From the NCBI RefSeq assembly GCF_009914755.1, contig NC_060938.1: a DNA stretch of 64,000 bases. One strand, written 5' to 3'. The position numbers and the translations under genes were made by a program. The stretch is from the human T2T-CHM13v2.0 reference genome, Homo sapiens. The notes beneath the pieces were generated by a model, which saw nothing but the letters and a program-made list of their open reading frames with translations, made no database searches and was not told the origin of the DNA. This document shows, one piece after another, positions 13,583 to 29,798 of the stretch; position 1 is the first letter of the stretch, and each line of letters opens with the position of its first letter.

Positions 13583-14782
13583 TCAAATCACTTCTTTACC
13601 TCAGTTTTCTCCTCTTCAAAATGGAGATAATGCCTACCTTACAAATTGATGGTGAGAATTAAATGAGGAAATGTGTGTAAAAATGTGTTGTATGCCTGGT
13701 ACCTCTTTGGCATGCAACTTTGTGTTTTCCTCCTTCCTTTGACATTAGTAATATTTGGATTTCACTCTTTGAATTCAGTGGTTACTTGGTTGTGGAATCA
13801 AATTATTTTGTCTTTCCAAACCTCATTTTTCTCTAACATAAAATCAGTAATACACACTTTATGAAGTAGTGGTTGAAATTCAGTTCCTAGTGTAGTCTAG
13901 GAAGATTTTCTTGAATCTGAATGTCAAATTGCTAAAAACTTGTATAAATTTGTGAGTTTTGCTGTGTAGATCTTTTGGACATGAAAATACAATATCTTTT
14001 TAAGAATTAAACAGTAGGAGAAATATACTAAGGGAAAGTAAGTCTCTAGAATGTTTTTTGGGGGACTCTACAATAGCTTACTGCATTACAGTTACTGTAA
14101 TTCATCAAGATAATAGGGAAATTATGCATCCAAAGGATTTATTTACTTGAAATAGCACCTCTAGAAGGGATATTCATAGAGCAGTAATATAAGAAGTGAG
14201 ACACTTGAACATACCTTTTTCTTTGCTTTTTTTTTTTAATCTTAGGTAACTTCAGATTTTAATAAGATTTCACTATATAATGTTTTGTGGGCAGATATTG
14301 TAAAATCTACTGAAAATTTCCCAGTTTAGTAATTACCAAAGAAATAATAAACCAATATTAAAGTTCAGTTACAAAATTAAAGTCAGGACTCATAAACAAA
14401 TCATGTTAAATGAGTTATGAATTAAATTAGTGTTATTGTTGAGTTTAACTGTGTGTCAAATCAATATAATTTCTTTGACATAATCACAGAATAGAAATCA
14501 ATGTATGTGTGGTACATTGTATTGAAGGGTTACAAAGTGATGAACTAGTGAGTATGTATTTTTAAGGATGTTATAGACCTATGAATTTCAATTATATTTG
14601 TTTAAATGTGAATCACTTTTATAAGCAGCAGCAAAATATCATTGCCTTTGTATTTTGTAGCAGGTGATTTAGCTTTTGTGTATATTCAGATAAATATAAA
14701 TTTTAATTTATTTTATTTTGACTAAAGTTTAAGAGATAATTTAGCATATTGTTTGCTAATCACTTTTAAGTAATCTCAGTTT

Positions 14783-14972
14783 AGCTGGTTGTGGTAATGT
14801 GTGCCTGTAGTCCCAACTACTCTGGAGGCTGAGGTGGGAGGATCCCTTGAGCCTAGGAATTTGAGGATGTTGTGTGCTATTGTTGTGCTTGTGAATAACC
14901 ACAGCATGGTACTCTAGCCTAGGCAACATAGCAAGACTTTGTCTCTTATAAAAAGAAAAGGAAAAAAAAAAA
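14783..14972 (+). mobile_element. FAM (fossil Alu monomer)
   Basis: Single monomer with gtgaataaccac segment, A tail, TSD aat(c/t)tcagtt. Confidence 0.8.
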
Positions 14973-15489
14973 GAAATTTCAGTTAATAATTTTATTTGAC
15001 ATGTTACAGCTCCTTATTTGACCCTGAAAATGTTGCAGTGAGAATAGCCTTTGCATGCATAGTCCTTAACCCTGAAGAAAAGGATAAAAGAAAATAAAAT
15101 CAAAACTTAGTTGAAAATCAGGAAGTGCGGACAAGCTTCTGTCGAGAAAATGGAGGTGAATTTATGTGTAAATGTTAAAGACATATGGATATGTTGATTA
15201 TAGCCATCTTTAAGTGTTTGTGTTATAGGCAGACGGTTTGCAGAGTTAGAGTAAATGGATTAAAGATATTGCTAAAATTAAAATAACTTTATTTTTCAAG
15301 TTTTTTTGGTATTATGTTTGTTTTTTCAGGAAACCAGATACTTAAATATAAAACTCGGTAATTATTTTTGTAACTATTTTATTAATAATTTAATGTTAAC
15401 TACTAGAAGTCTATAATTTTACATTGAATATACAAAATATTATTTGGGCAAATGATTATTAAAATAATATCATAGTAATATACATCCCC

Positions 15490-15970
15490 CCTTTTTATTA
15501 TGGTAAAATGTACATAACACAATTCACCATTTAATCATTTTTAAGTATACAGTTCATTGTTATGCAACCATCATCACTATCTCCAGAACGCTTTCATCAT
15601 CCTGAAATGAAACTGTGTGCCCGTTACATAATAATTCCCCGTTACTTATTATCTCCCCTTTAATCACTATTCTACTTTCTCTCTCTCTGATTTTGACTAT
15701 TCTAAGTATCTCGTATGAGTGGAACCACACAAAATATGTCCTTCTAGGACTGGCTCATTGTATTTAGCATAATGTCTTCAAGGTTCATCCATATTGTAGC
15801 ATGTATCAGAATTTCAGTTCTATTTCACGATGATTAATATTCCGTTATATGTGTATACCACATTTTGCTTATCCATTTATCTATCAGTGGACATTTACAT
15901 TGTTTCTACTTTTGGCTATTGTGAATAATTCTGCCATGAACTTTGGTATGCAAGTATCTGTTTGAGTGTG
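15490..15970 (-). mobile_element. L1MB-type 3'UTR fragment
   Basis: ttcaaggttcatccatattgtagcatgtatcagaattt and related L1MB motifs. Confidence 0.8.
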
Positions 15971-17279
15971 TTAATATATTTTCTATATATTTTAACAGAA
16001 ATTTGTTAGTTTACATATTTTTACTTAAACGAGCTAAATATCTGAATTTTCAGTGTTATCAGTGAATATTTATTGAATACCTTGTATATTGTAAGTATTG
16101 TGGGGGTATAAAGAGTTACAATATCATGAAACTATTGTTTTAAAGAATTTACAGTCTAATAACAGTAATAGGGTGTGTTTATAAAGACACAGAACCTGGT
16201 AGCATATGCTTTTTGAAGCTGAAGAGATATCTGAGCTCTGATGCAAACCAGCATCGTTTCTTGCCAAAATTTTTGTTTGTTATCCTGAGCAGTTAGGAGG
16301 CAGATACATGGCCACAGTCAACATATGCATATTCCATTCAAGCATAGCATTTAACCTTCAAGGATGAATTTTGGGGTGATCATATCAACATGGAAATTAG
16401 ATCATGACATATCTTTAAAGTCTTCTCCATGGACCTTATCTTTAGGTGAGTTACTTTCCTTCTACCAAACTGCCACCTTAACTCTGACCTCATCTCCTAT
16501 CCCCTACTCCCACCTTGCACTGGGTAATTTTTTGTTGTGGATACATTTCTTATGTATGTAAACTGGCTTAAGTGTAAACAAGGTAAAAGTCATAAGGAGG
16601 AACTACATATATGTTTCAAGGTTCTTTCCAGCTTTATGATTCTAATTTAATCCCTGTGGTACCTGTGTGTTGCCAGTGAAAGAAAACAGAGTTAGCATGC
16701 TTAGAGGTTTCACAGCAGAGCTGCTTTGTGGTGATTTTAAAGGCTAAAACTTTGAAATAAAAACAGTTTGGTATGTTTCAGTGGTCTCTTTTTCTTCTCT
16801 TTCAGAGTACTTTTCCTGGAAAAGCAGAATAAGTCTTTTATGAATTTAGTCATAACTTTGCAGTTTAATTGGACTTTTAGGGTTTTTCTATGTGTGCAAG
16901 CTGGACCTTTTGAAGTTTAACACTGGAATACTAGCATGAGAGTGTTCCTACTCTTAATTTCCACTGAGTTAGACCAAAGGAAAACATATATTTTAGATTC
17001 ATATTTTCTTTGAATGATGTTTTGGAGCTCAAGATGAACTTTAAAAAACACAGCTAAGCAGAGCTTCTAAAAGGTAATACTGTAGTAGTATTTTTTTCCT
17101 CCATGTTAATCTACTTGGCTCCCCATAGTGAGCTTGAACTGTGAGTGGTAAAGACTCATTACTTTGTAGGGTGTCCTGGCCCTAAAAATAAAACTTCTTT
17201 CTCATAGCCTACAGCCTATGAATGTGATTATTCTGTAAGCCTCTGTAAGTCACTGTAAGAACAGTGACTGTGGCTTCAT

Positions 17280-17584
17280 TTTTATTTATTTTATTTTTCT
17301 TATTTATTTATGAGACAGTCTCACTCTGTCGCCCAGGCTAGAGTGTAGTGGCTTGATCTTGGCTCACTGCAATCTCTCCTCCTGGGTTCAAGTGAATCTC
17401 GTGCCTCCACCACCCAAATAGCTGGGATTACAGGTGTGCGCCACCATGCCAGGCTAATTTTTGTATTTTTTTTGTAGAGATGGTGTTTCGCCATGGGCCT
17501 GTCTCAAACTCCTCCTCTCAAGTGATTCACCTGCTTTGGCCTCCCAAAGTTCTGGGATTATAGGCATGAACTACTGTGCCAGGC
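17280..17584 (-). mobile_element. Alu (Jb/Sz-like)
   Basis: TSD tgtgg(c/t)ttcattttt at 17269 and 17586. Confidence 0.92.
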
Positions 17585-18529
17585 TTGTGGTTTCATTTTT
17601 GTAAAACGTTTAGTAGAGTTGGTGCCTTGCACATAATAAAATGTATCTTCTGAGGTTATGATTCCACATAAAAAATGAAAACTTTAGGAGATAATTACAG
17701 AAGTGAAGAAAGATGAATGAACAAGGATGGCCATCTATTCATTCAACACATAATGAGGTCTACTATGTATCAGACACACCACTAAGTACTGGAAATACAG
17801 CAATGATAAATTAGATAAATTAGGGAATTTAGGTTGTCTAGAACAGTGAATGGCATGTAATAGGCGCTTAAAAATATTTGAATACATGAAGGTCTGTTTT
17901 GTAGAAAATGATTTATGGTATGGAACATTTTAGTGAGGAAGTGGAACGTGTCCCATCGTATTAGGGACACGTTCATTCATTAAAAAAATGGAAACAAACT
18001 GTTTATTAATATGGAGACTACTTAAGTCGGTTATGGTAATACATAGAATGTAGTACAGAAAAGCCCTTAAAAAATGAGATATTTATTGGCTGACACAGAA
18101 AGATGTTCTAATTTACCTAATGTTGAATTAAACAAAGTAAGCTGTTGAATAGGATGTATGGAATGATTCCTTTAATGTAAGGTTATTTATATTTCTATAA
18201 AATGTCACAAGGTATGGTGGAGAAATGATAACAATGAATGATTCTAACAGGAGGTAAGTTTTTCGCTGATCTTTGCTGTATTCTTTATGCACTTCTGTGA
18301 TTGTTTTACCATGATCATGTGCTACTGTTTAAAAATAATAAAGCTGCTTAAAAATGTTTCTGGATAAATTTTTTTAAACTTAATATTCTATCTATAAATA
18401 GTGTTACTGGTTGATGGTCCGTTGTCCTGTAAATGTAAAAGTGTTATTAAAGAATTCTGCATTTTCTTTCTAAAGAAATATAGTTAACCAGAGTTCACTT
18501 TGATACTCAACATTTACCTTTAATGTTTA

Positions 18530-18844
<315 letters not shown>

Positions 18845-20199
18845 TACCTTTAACATTTAACAACATTTACCTGTAACACTCATAGAGTGTAGTTTTAAAA
18901 TGAATAATAGCATTTACAAATGTGTAGTAGCAGGAATATATTTAATAATAATTTTAATTTTGTTTTGGAGGTACTTTGAGGGAGGTATGTCTACATAATT
19001 AAATGGCAACGGAAGTTTTTAAGTTTTTTTGTATACTTATAAATTTAATTTGGATTTAGTTATTAATAAATATTAGGTTGAACTGCACTTTTAATCTAAA
19101 GATTTATTTTGGCACTCATTTTTGCTTATTATGACTTCTCATTTTCTTAATTAGAGGAGAGAAGACATGTTCTTTGGGCGTCCTGGTTATGTCTAGTCAA
19201 TAGTCTTAGTTTTCACAGGATAGTACGGAATGTTAAATTATTACTACCTATTTTCTTAATTTATTTCAATAACTTGCTGTTTTTATCAGGAAAAATTAAT
19301 GAACTAATCAAAATGTTCCATTCTATACATAGTTTGCTCATAACAAACTCATTTTATTAGAAATGTTATAGCAACCTTATTTTTTTTTTATCCTCCACAA
19401 GATCATTTTAGTGTAGTTACTGGAGTTTCAAATCATACGTAATTCAGTTTGAAAACTATGTCTATGGTTCTGTTTAGTAACATTTTAGATGATATTATTT
19501 AAAAAGGTTAACATTGCTTAGTTAAAAGTTATCATTATTCTTTTAAAACAAGTTTTATTTTTCAGACCACACAGTCCTTTGAATTCTGATGCATCAAGTT
19601 TCAAACAGTTTTTTGTTTTTGGGGATACTTACCTATGAGATCTCCAGAAATTGTATATTTAGCTATGAAAATCTTCAGAAACTGTGAGCATATTAAGCAC
19701 ACATATAAGACTGTAAACCTTAGAGGATGATTTTAGATTTCTTTCTCTTTTTTACTTTTTATTTTTGAAAAAAATAAGCCCATTCCAGTTTAATGAATAT
19801 GATAATTTGAAATCCAGGTAGAATAATGTATCTCATTTTCGCCCTCATATTTTAAAGTGAGATAGTTTATAAAATGGAGAATAAATCATGTTGTTAGATG
19901 TTGACTCTTATAGTATAAAAGTATGAATCTTATATAGTGATATTCTATTTTAAATGCTTTATATGTTTAAATAATTTAGAAGAAGGGAATTATAGAAAAA
20001 CTGAAACAAAATGCTTGAATTAATACTATAAACATGATGTTAGCATTTATAATTGATATTTTAAATTGTTACATAAAGATGTATGAGTATGGATAAAAAC
20101 ATATATATTAGTCTAAATGAAATTAATGGCTTCTTTTATACACTCACAATATTTATACTTTTCTTTAAGTATATCAGATGTTGATAAGTGTTCTAGAGA

Positions 20200-20600
20200 A
20201 AAGTAAGTACATTAGGGATGGTAATAAGGAATGTTGGAATTGGGAAGATGCCATTTTTATATAGAATGGTCAGGGAAGATTTCACTAAGAAGGTGATAGT
20301 TGAGTGATGCTCTGAATTTGGTGAGGGACATAGCTGTGGGGATATTCGGATAAGTGTGTTTCAGACAAGATCAAAAGCCCTGTGTTGAGTGCAGGCTCTG
20401 CATATTTAGAAACATAAGAAATTTAACTGTGCATGGCACAAGGTGGTCTTATATGTTAAAAAAATACATTTTTTTGGTTTCATTTTTGCTTTCCTGGTAC
20501 ATTCTAAGATATGCTGAAATTGAGATTTACTTGTCTTGCTTATTGTATCTTGGGCACCCACTACAGTGCCAAACACATGGCAGGCAATTTGTTGTGGATG
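20200..20600. mobile_element. L2 fragments
   Basis: ggtcagggaagatttcactaagaaggtga motif typical of L2 3' region. Confidence 0.55.
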
Positions 20601-21550
20601 ATGAGAAAGAATTTTGGAGGAATCTTCTTCTTTTTTTTTTTTTTAAATTCATACTACCAAATTATTTCAAGCTACAGAGGTCTTTAGAGATCATTTAGAT
20701 AACTCTTTTGGATGTTATGCATGAGAAGACATGTCATTAAATAGAATGACTTCCAAAAGTCACCATTAATTAGTAGCAATCTTGAGTTGGCAAAGATTTT
20801 TGGTCTCTTAGTCTAACTTTAGTCCATTGATGGGGTGATCCTTTTGTTTCAGTTGTCTCATCTATGCATGGGAAGATACTTGCTATGGAAAACCTCCTTG
20901 CTGTGGAAGAACTCCTTGCATCTAGAATCAGATTGCTTGGTTGAAATTCCTGTTTGACAGTACTAGCTTTGTGATTTTCTCCCTCTCCCGACTTTTCCTT
21001 TTGGTGCCCTGGTTTTCTTGTCTGTTAGACAGATATTGTTATTCTCATTCCAGTATTCTTTACACCATAAACATTTTCTCATTAATCTTCTAATTTACCA
21101 ACTCAGAGTGTTATTTCCTTTTTTTTTAAAGGGATTTATGATGAAGAGAATAGGAGTTTGAAATTAGGTGTTCTTGGGTTCTATAAAAATTTAATTCTTA
21201 AGGTTATTTGTTAGTATGTATCAAACTCTTATTTAATGAATGAGGAAAACATCAGCAAGACAAAAGAACTGCTTTCAAGAGTATTTGAGCATCAGGAGTT
21301 CATGTATTCATTTAGGAAAGGAATGTCAAAATAAAATTTTTTAAAAATTATACTTTAAGTTCCAGGGTACATGTGCGCGACGTGCAGGTTTGTTACATAT
21401 GTATACATGTGCCATGTTGGTGTGCTGCACCCATTAACTCGTCATTTATATTAGGTGTATCTCCTAATGCTATCCCTCCCCCCTCCCCCCACCCCGCAAC
21501 AGGCCCCGGTGTGTGATGTTCCCCCTCCTGTGTCCAAGTGTTCGCATTGT

Positions 21551-25365
<3,815 letters not shown>

Positions 25366-25428
25366 TATGATGTTAGCTGGTTATTTTGCTTGTTAGTTGA
25401 TGCAGTTTCTTCCTGGTATCGATGGTCT

Positions 25429-26431
25429 TTACAATTTGGCATGTTTTTGCAGTGGCTGGTACTGGTTATTCCTTTCCATGTTTAGTGCTTCCTTCAGGAG
25501 CTCTTGTAGGGCAGGCCTGGTGGTGACAGAATCTCTCAGCATTTGCTTGTCTGTAAAGGATTTTATTTCTCCTTCACTTATGAAGCTTAGTTTGGCTGGA
25601 TATGAAATTCTGGGTTGAAAATTCTTTTCTTTAAGAATTTTGAATATTGGCCCCCACTCTCTTCTGGCTTGTAGAGTTTCTGCTGAGAGATCCACTGTTA
25701 GTCTGATGGGCTTCACTTTGTGGGTAACCCGACCTTTCTCTCTGGCTGCCCTTAACATTTTTTCCTTCATTTCAACTTTGGTGAATCTGACAATTATGTG
25801 TCTTGGAGTTGCTCTTCTCAAGGAGTATCTTTGTGGCGTTCTCTGTATTTCCTGAATTTGAATGTTGGCCTGCCTTGCTAGGTTGGGGAAGTTCTCCTGG
25901 ATAATATCCTGCAGAGTGTTTTCCAACTTGGTTCCATTCTCCCTGTCACTTTCAGGTATGCCAATCAGACGTAGATTTGGTCTTTTCACATAGTCCCATG
26001 TTTCTTGGAGGCTTTGTTTGTTTCTTTTTACTCTTTTTTTGTCTAAACTTCTCTTCTCACTTCATTTCATTCATTTGATCTTCAATCACTGATACCCTTT
26101 CTTCCAGTTGATTGAATCAGCTACTGAAGCTTGTGCATGTGTCATGTAGTTCTCATGCCATGGTTTTCAGCTCCATCAGGTCATTTAAGGACTTCTCTAC
26201 ACTGGTTATTCTAGTTAATCCTTCGTCTAATCTTTTTTCAAGGTTTTTAGCTTCTTTGTGATGGGTTTGAACTTCCTCCTTTAGCTTGGAGAAGTTTGAT
26301 CGTCTGAAGCCTCTTATCTCAACTCATCAAAGTCATTCTCCGTCCAGCTTTGTTCTGTTGCTGGCCTTTGGAGGGGGAGAGGCGCTCTGATTTTTAGAAT
26401 TTTCAACTTTTCTGCTCTGTTTTTTCCCCAT
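25429..26431 (-). pseudogene. L1 ORF1, disrupted
   Basis: ATG GGG AAA AAA CAG at 26431; C-terminal 186 aa open (RPNLRLIG...YPAKLSF...KHAKL). Confidence 0.93.
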
Positions 26432-27006
26432 CTTTGTGGTTTTATCTACCTTTGGTCTTTGATGATGGTGACATACAGATGGGGTTCTGGAGTGGAAGTC
26501 ATTTCTGTTTGTTAGTTTTCTAACTAACAGTCAGGACCCTCAGCTGCAGGTCTGTTGGAGTTTGCTGGAGGTCCACTGCAGACCTTGTTTGCCTGGGTAT
26601 TAGCAGCAGAGGCTGCAGAACAATGCATATTGCTGAACAGCAGATGTTGCTGCCTGATTGTTCCTCTGGAAGCTTCATCTCAGAGGGGTACACGGCCATG
26701 TGAGGTGTCAGTCTGCCCCTACTGGGGGGTGCCTCCCAGTTAGGCTACTCGGGGGTCAGTGACCTACTTGAGGAGGCAGTGTGTCCGTTCTCAGATCTCC
26801 AGCTCTGTGCTGGGAGAACCACTACTCTCTTCAAAGCTGTCAGATGGGGACATTTAAATCTGCAGAAGTTTCTGCTGCCTTTTGTTCGGCTATGCCCTGT
26901 CCACAGAGGTGGAGTCTGCAGAGACAGGCAGGCCTCCTTGAGCTGCGGTGGACTCCACCCAGTTTGAGCTTCCAGGCCTCTTTATTTACCTACGCAAGCC
27001 TCAGCA

Positions 27007-27252
27007 ATGGCAGGTACCCCTCCCCCAGCTTCGCTGCCACCTTGCAGTTCGATCTCAGACTGCTGTGCTAGCAATGAGCAAGGCTCCGTGGACATGGGAC
27101 CCTCCGAGCCAGGCGCGGGATATAATCTCCCGGTGTGCCATTTGCTTAAGACCATTGGAAAAGTGCAGTATCAGGGTGGGAGTGACCCGATTTTCCAGTG
27201 TCATCTGTCACAGCTTCCCTTGGCTAGGAAAGGGGATTTCCTGACCCCTTGA
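27007..27252 (+). other. L1 ORF0 homologue (81 aa) in the antisense-promoter region
   Basis: MAGTPPPASLPPCSSISDCCASN...GPSEPGAGYNL matches the primate L1 ORF0 N-terminus; gcaATGG context; C-terminus frameshifted. Confidence 0.85.
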
Positions 27253-27984
27253 GCTTCCCAGGTGAAGCGATGCCTCACCCTACTTCAGCTCACGCTTGGT
27301 GGGCTGCACCCACTGTCCTGCATCCACTGTCTGACAATCCCCAGTGAGATGAACCTGGTACCTCAGTTGGAAATGCAGAAATCACCTGTCTTCTGCGTCG
27401 CTCAGGCTGGGAGCTATAGACTGGAGCTGCTCCTATTTGGCCATCTTGGAACCATTGAGGATCAAAATAAAATTGATAAGATACACAGAAGACTGGTTAA
27501 CTTTCTGTATGACAATGAAGCCATATAACTTAAGGGAAACTGAAGTTATATGGCTTCATTGGAAACTTGGATGTAAATCTTTGAATTTAATTTAGATATC
27601 ATCAAGATCTTTATCATCATCTTGAGTATCATAAGATACTGGATTTTATCATCTCTAGGACCAAGTATATTGGTTTTATTGATTTTAGCAGATTCTAGAA
27701 ACTTGCCATATGCCTTTAGACTTCTAGCTTCATGTGCATGGTATTTTAAAATAACATCAGATTTGTTATCCTAATAGTCTCACAGACCAACCAGTATAAT
27801 GTCTGAGGTATTTATTCACTTCTTTTTTCTCAATTTTCCTCTCATATGACATAACCTCTTTACACCATCAAAGCACATTGATTCTAATCATCTGTTTTCC
27901 TTCATTTTGATTACCTACTCTTGTCTATCCCCTTTATATACCAACTCTCCTTTTTGGGGTTCTTATTTTTACTCCTGCCTCTAT

Positions 27985-28294
<310 letters not shown>

Positions 28295-28539
28295 TCCTGC
28301 ATCTGTTTTTACCTCCCTTACCTTACTCTTGGGCATGGCAGCAATGGCAGCCTTACGGTGTCCTGGACTCCTCTCTGGTGGTTGTGTTGGCTGTGGTGGC
28401 TGCTATTTTGAGGGGTGTGCATGAATATGTAGTCCCAGGAGGCTTGGTCACTTAGCGGGGGATGTTTTGCAACCAAGGTCTTTAGAGGCATGCTCAGTGG
28501 CAGCAAATCTTTAACTTCTTTTTTCATCTTTTGTTTTTT

Positions 28540-29230
28540 GTGCTAACATTTTTAAGGTTTTCTAGGGCAGTCTAGAGTAACATTTACTCTTGTGCATTCT
28601 TACCCTCATTTCTAAGATGGACCTCTATTGAGTGACTCTCTGTTGGATGTCCCAAGGATTCATTGAGGACTCTGTCTTGCCTGTGAGAACTTAAATGATT
28701 CCTGGCCCTTTGTGAGCTCTGGAAATTACTCAGCACTAACTACATCATAATTTTTCTTTCCTGGAAATTGGTTTTGCTCTGTATCATTGGTTTTTACCCT
28801 ATGCACATGTAGATTAGTATTGATATTCAGGTAATTTAAGGATATCCTTTTTTTAAAGAAAATAGGTCTTTCTGTAACTCTCTCACTTCAGGAACTTTCC
28901 CCCAAAATTCTTGTTGTGTTGGCCTTTCTGTATTATGACCTCTTGTGTTTTTTAACTCAGCAATGGCACTAGATTCTATTAGGGTTTCACCTCCTACATA
29001 CTACAGTCCCAAAAGTGCTTTCAGAGAGAAATCTCAGGCAATTATAGGGCTCACCTTTTTGTTTGTTTGTTTCCCTTATTACAGAAATCAGTTTTGAGCT
29101 GATTTTCAATGTCAGATCATCAGTTGTGCAATGTCATATACATTGTTTGTCCAGTTTTCTAGTTGTTTACATTTGGAGGGTAATTCTCGATCCTATTACT
29201 GCTGCATGGGTGAAGGTAGAGGTCTCCTAA
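28540..29230 (-). mobile_element. Ancient L1M (L1ME-type) 5' region relic
   Basis: Shares motifs (atagggctcacc/atagggcttac) with the similar relic at ~54200-54600. Confidence 0.5.
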
Positions 29231-29558
29231 TACTTTTAAAATTGAGAAAATCCTTAGCAAGTGATATGTCTCACCCATTTCAAAGTGAGTTCAAATGCTA
29301 TTATATGTAAAATTTCATTTTTAAATGTTATTTAAATTAATTTTAGTAACAACATTTGTGTTATTCTTTCATACATAGCTGTTAAGTAAAGCCTGCTTTG
29401 GCTGCTTTTCATCTAATATTAGTTACCAGTCAACTGATGCGTTAAATTAAAGTTGATATAACTCTAATGATTTATAAGAGTTGAATCTTTTTAGTACTTT
29501 AATGCCCTACTGAAGATCACTGCCTGTTTTATGGTGCTCTTGCGTGTATGCTCTTACG

Positions 29559-29630
29559 TTCTCTCTCTCGCTCTTTCTCTCTCTCTCTCTCTCCCTCCCT
29601 CCCCCTCTCTTCCTCTCTCCATCTCTCCCC
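29559..29630. repeat. (CT)n / polypyrimidine tract
   Basis: Seen directly. Confidence 0.9.
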
Positions 29631-29668
29631 AGAATTTGATGTAACAACACCAAAAACCTCATGACTTT

Positions 29669-29798
29669 ACCATATTTTACTATATCTCAACAGATAGAAT
29701 ATAAGACCAATTTTTTTATTGGTAAAAAGTATGGGAACTTTTTACCAATAAAAAAATTGGTCTTATATTCTATCTGTTGAGATATAGTAAAATATGGT
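29669..29798. repeat. Perfect inverted repeat, 62-bp arms, 6-nt spacer
   Basis: 29669-29730 is the exact reverse complement of 29737-29798; spacer atggga. Confidence 0.97.
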
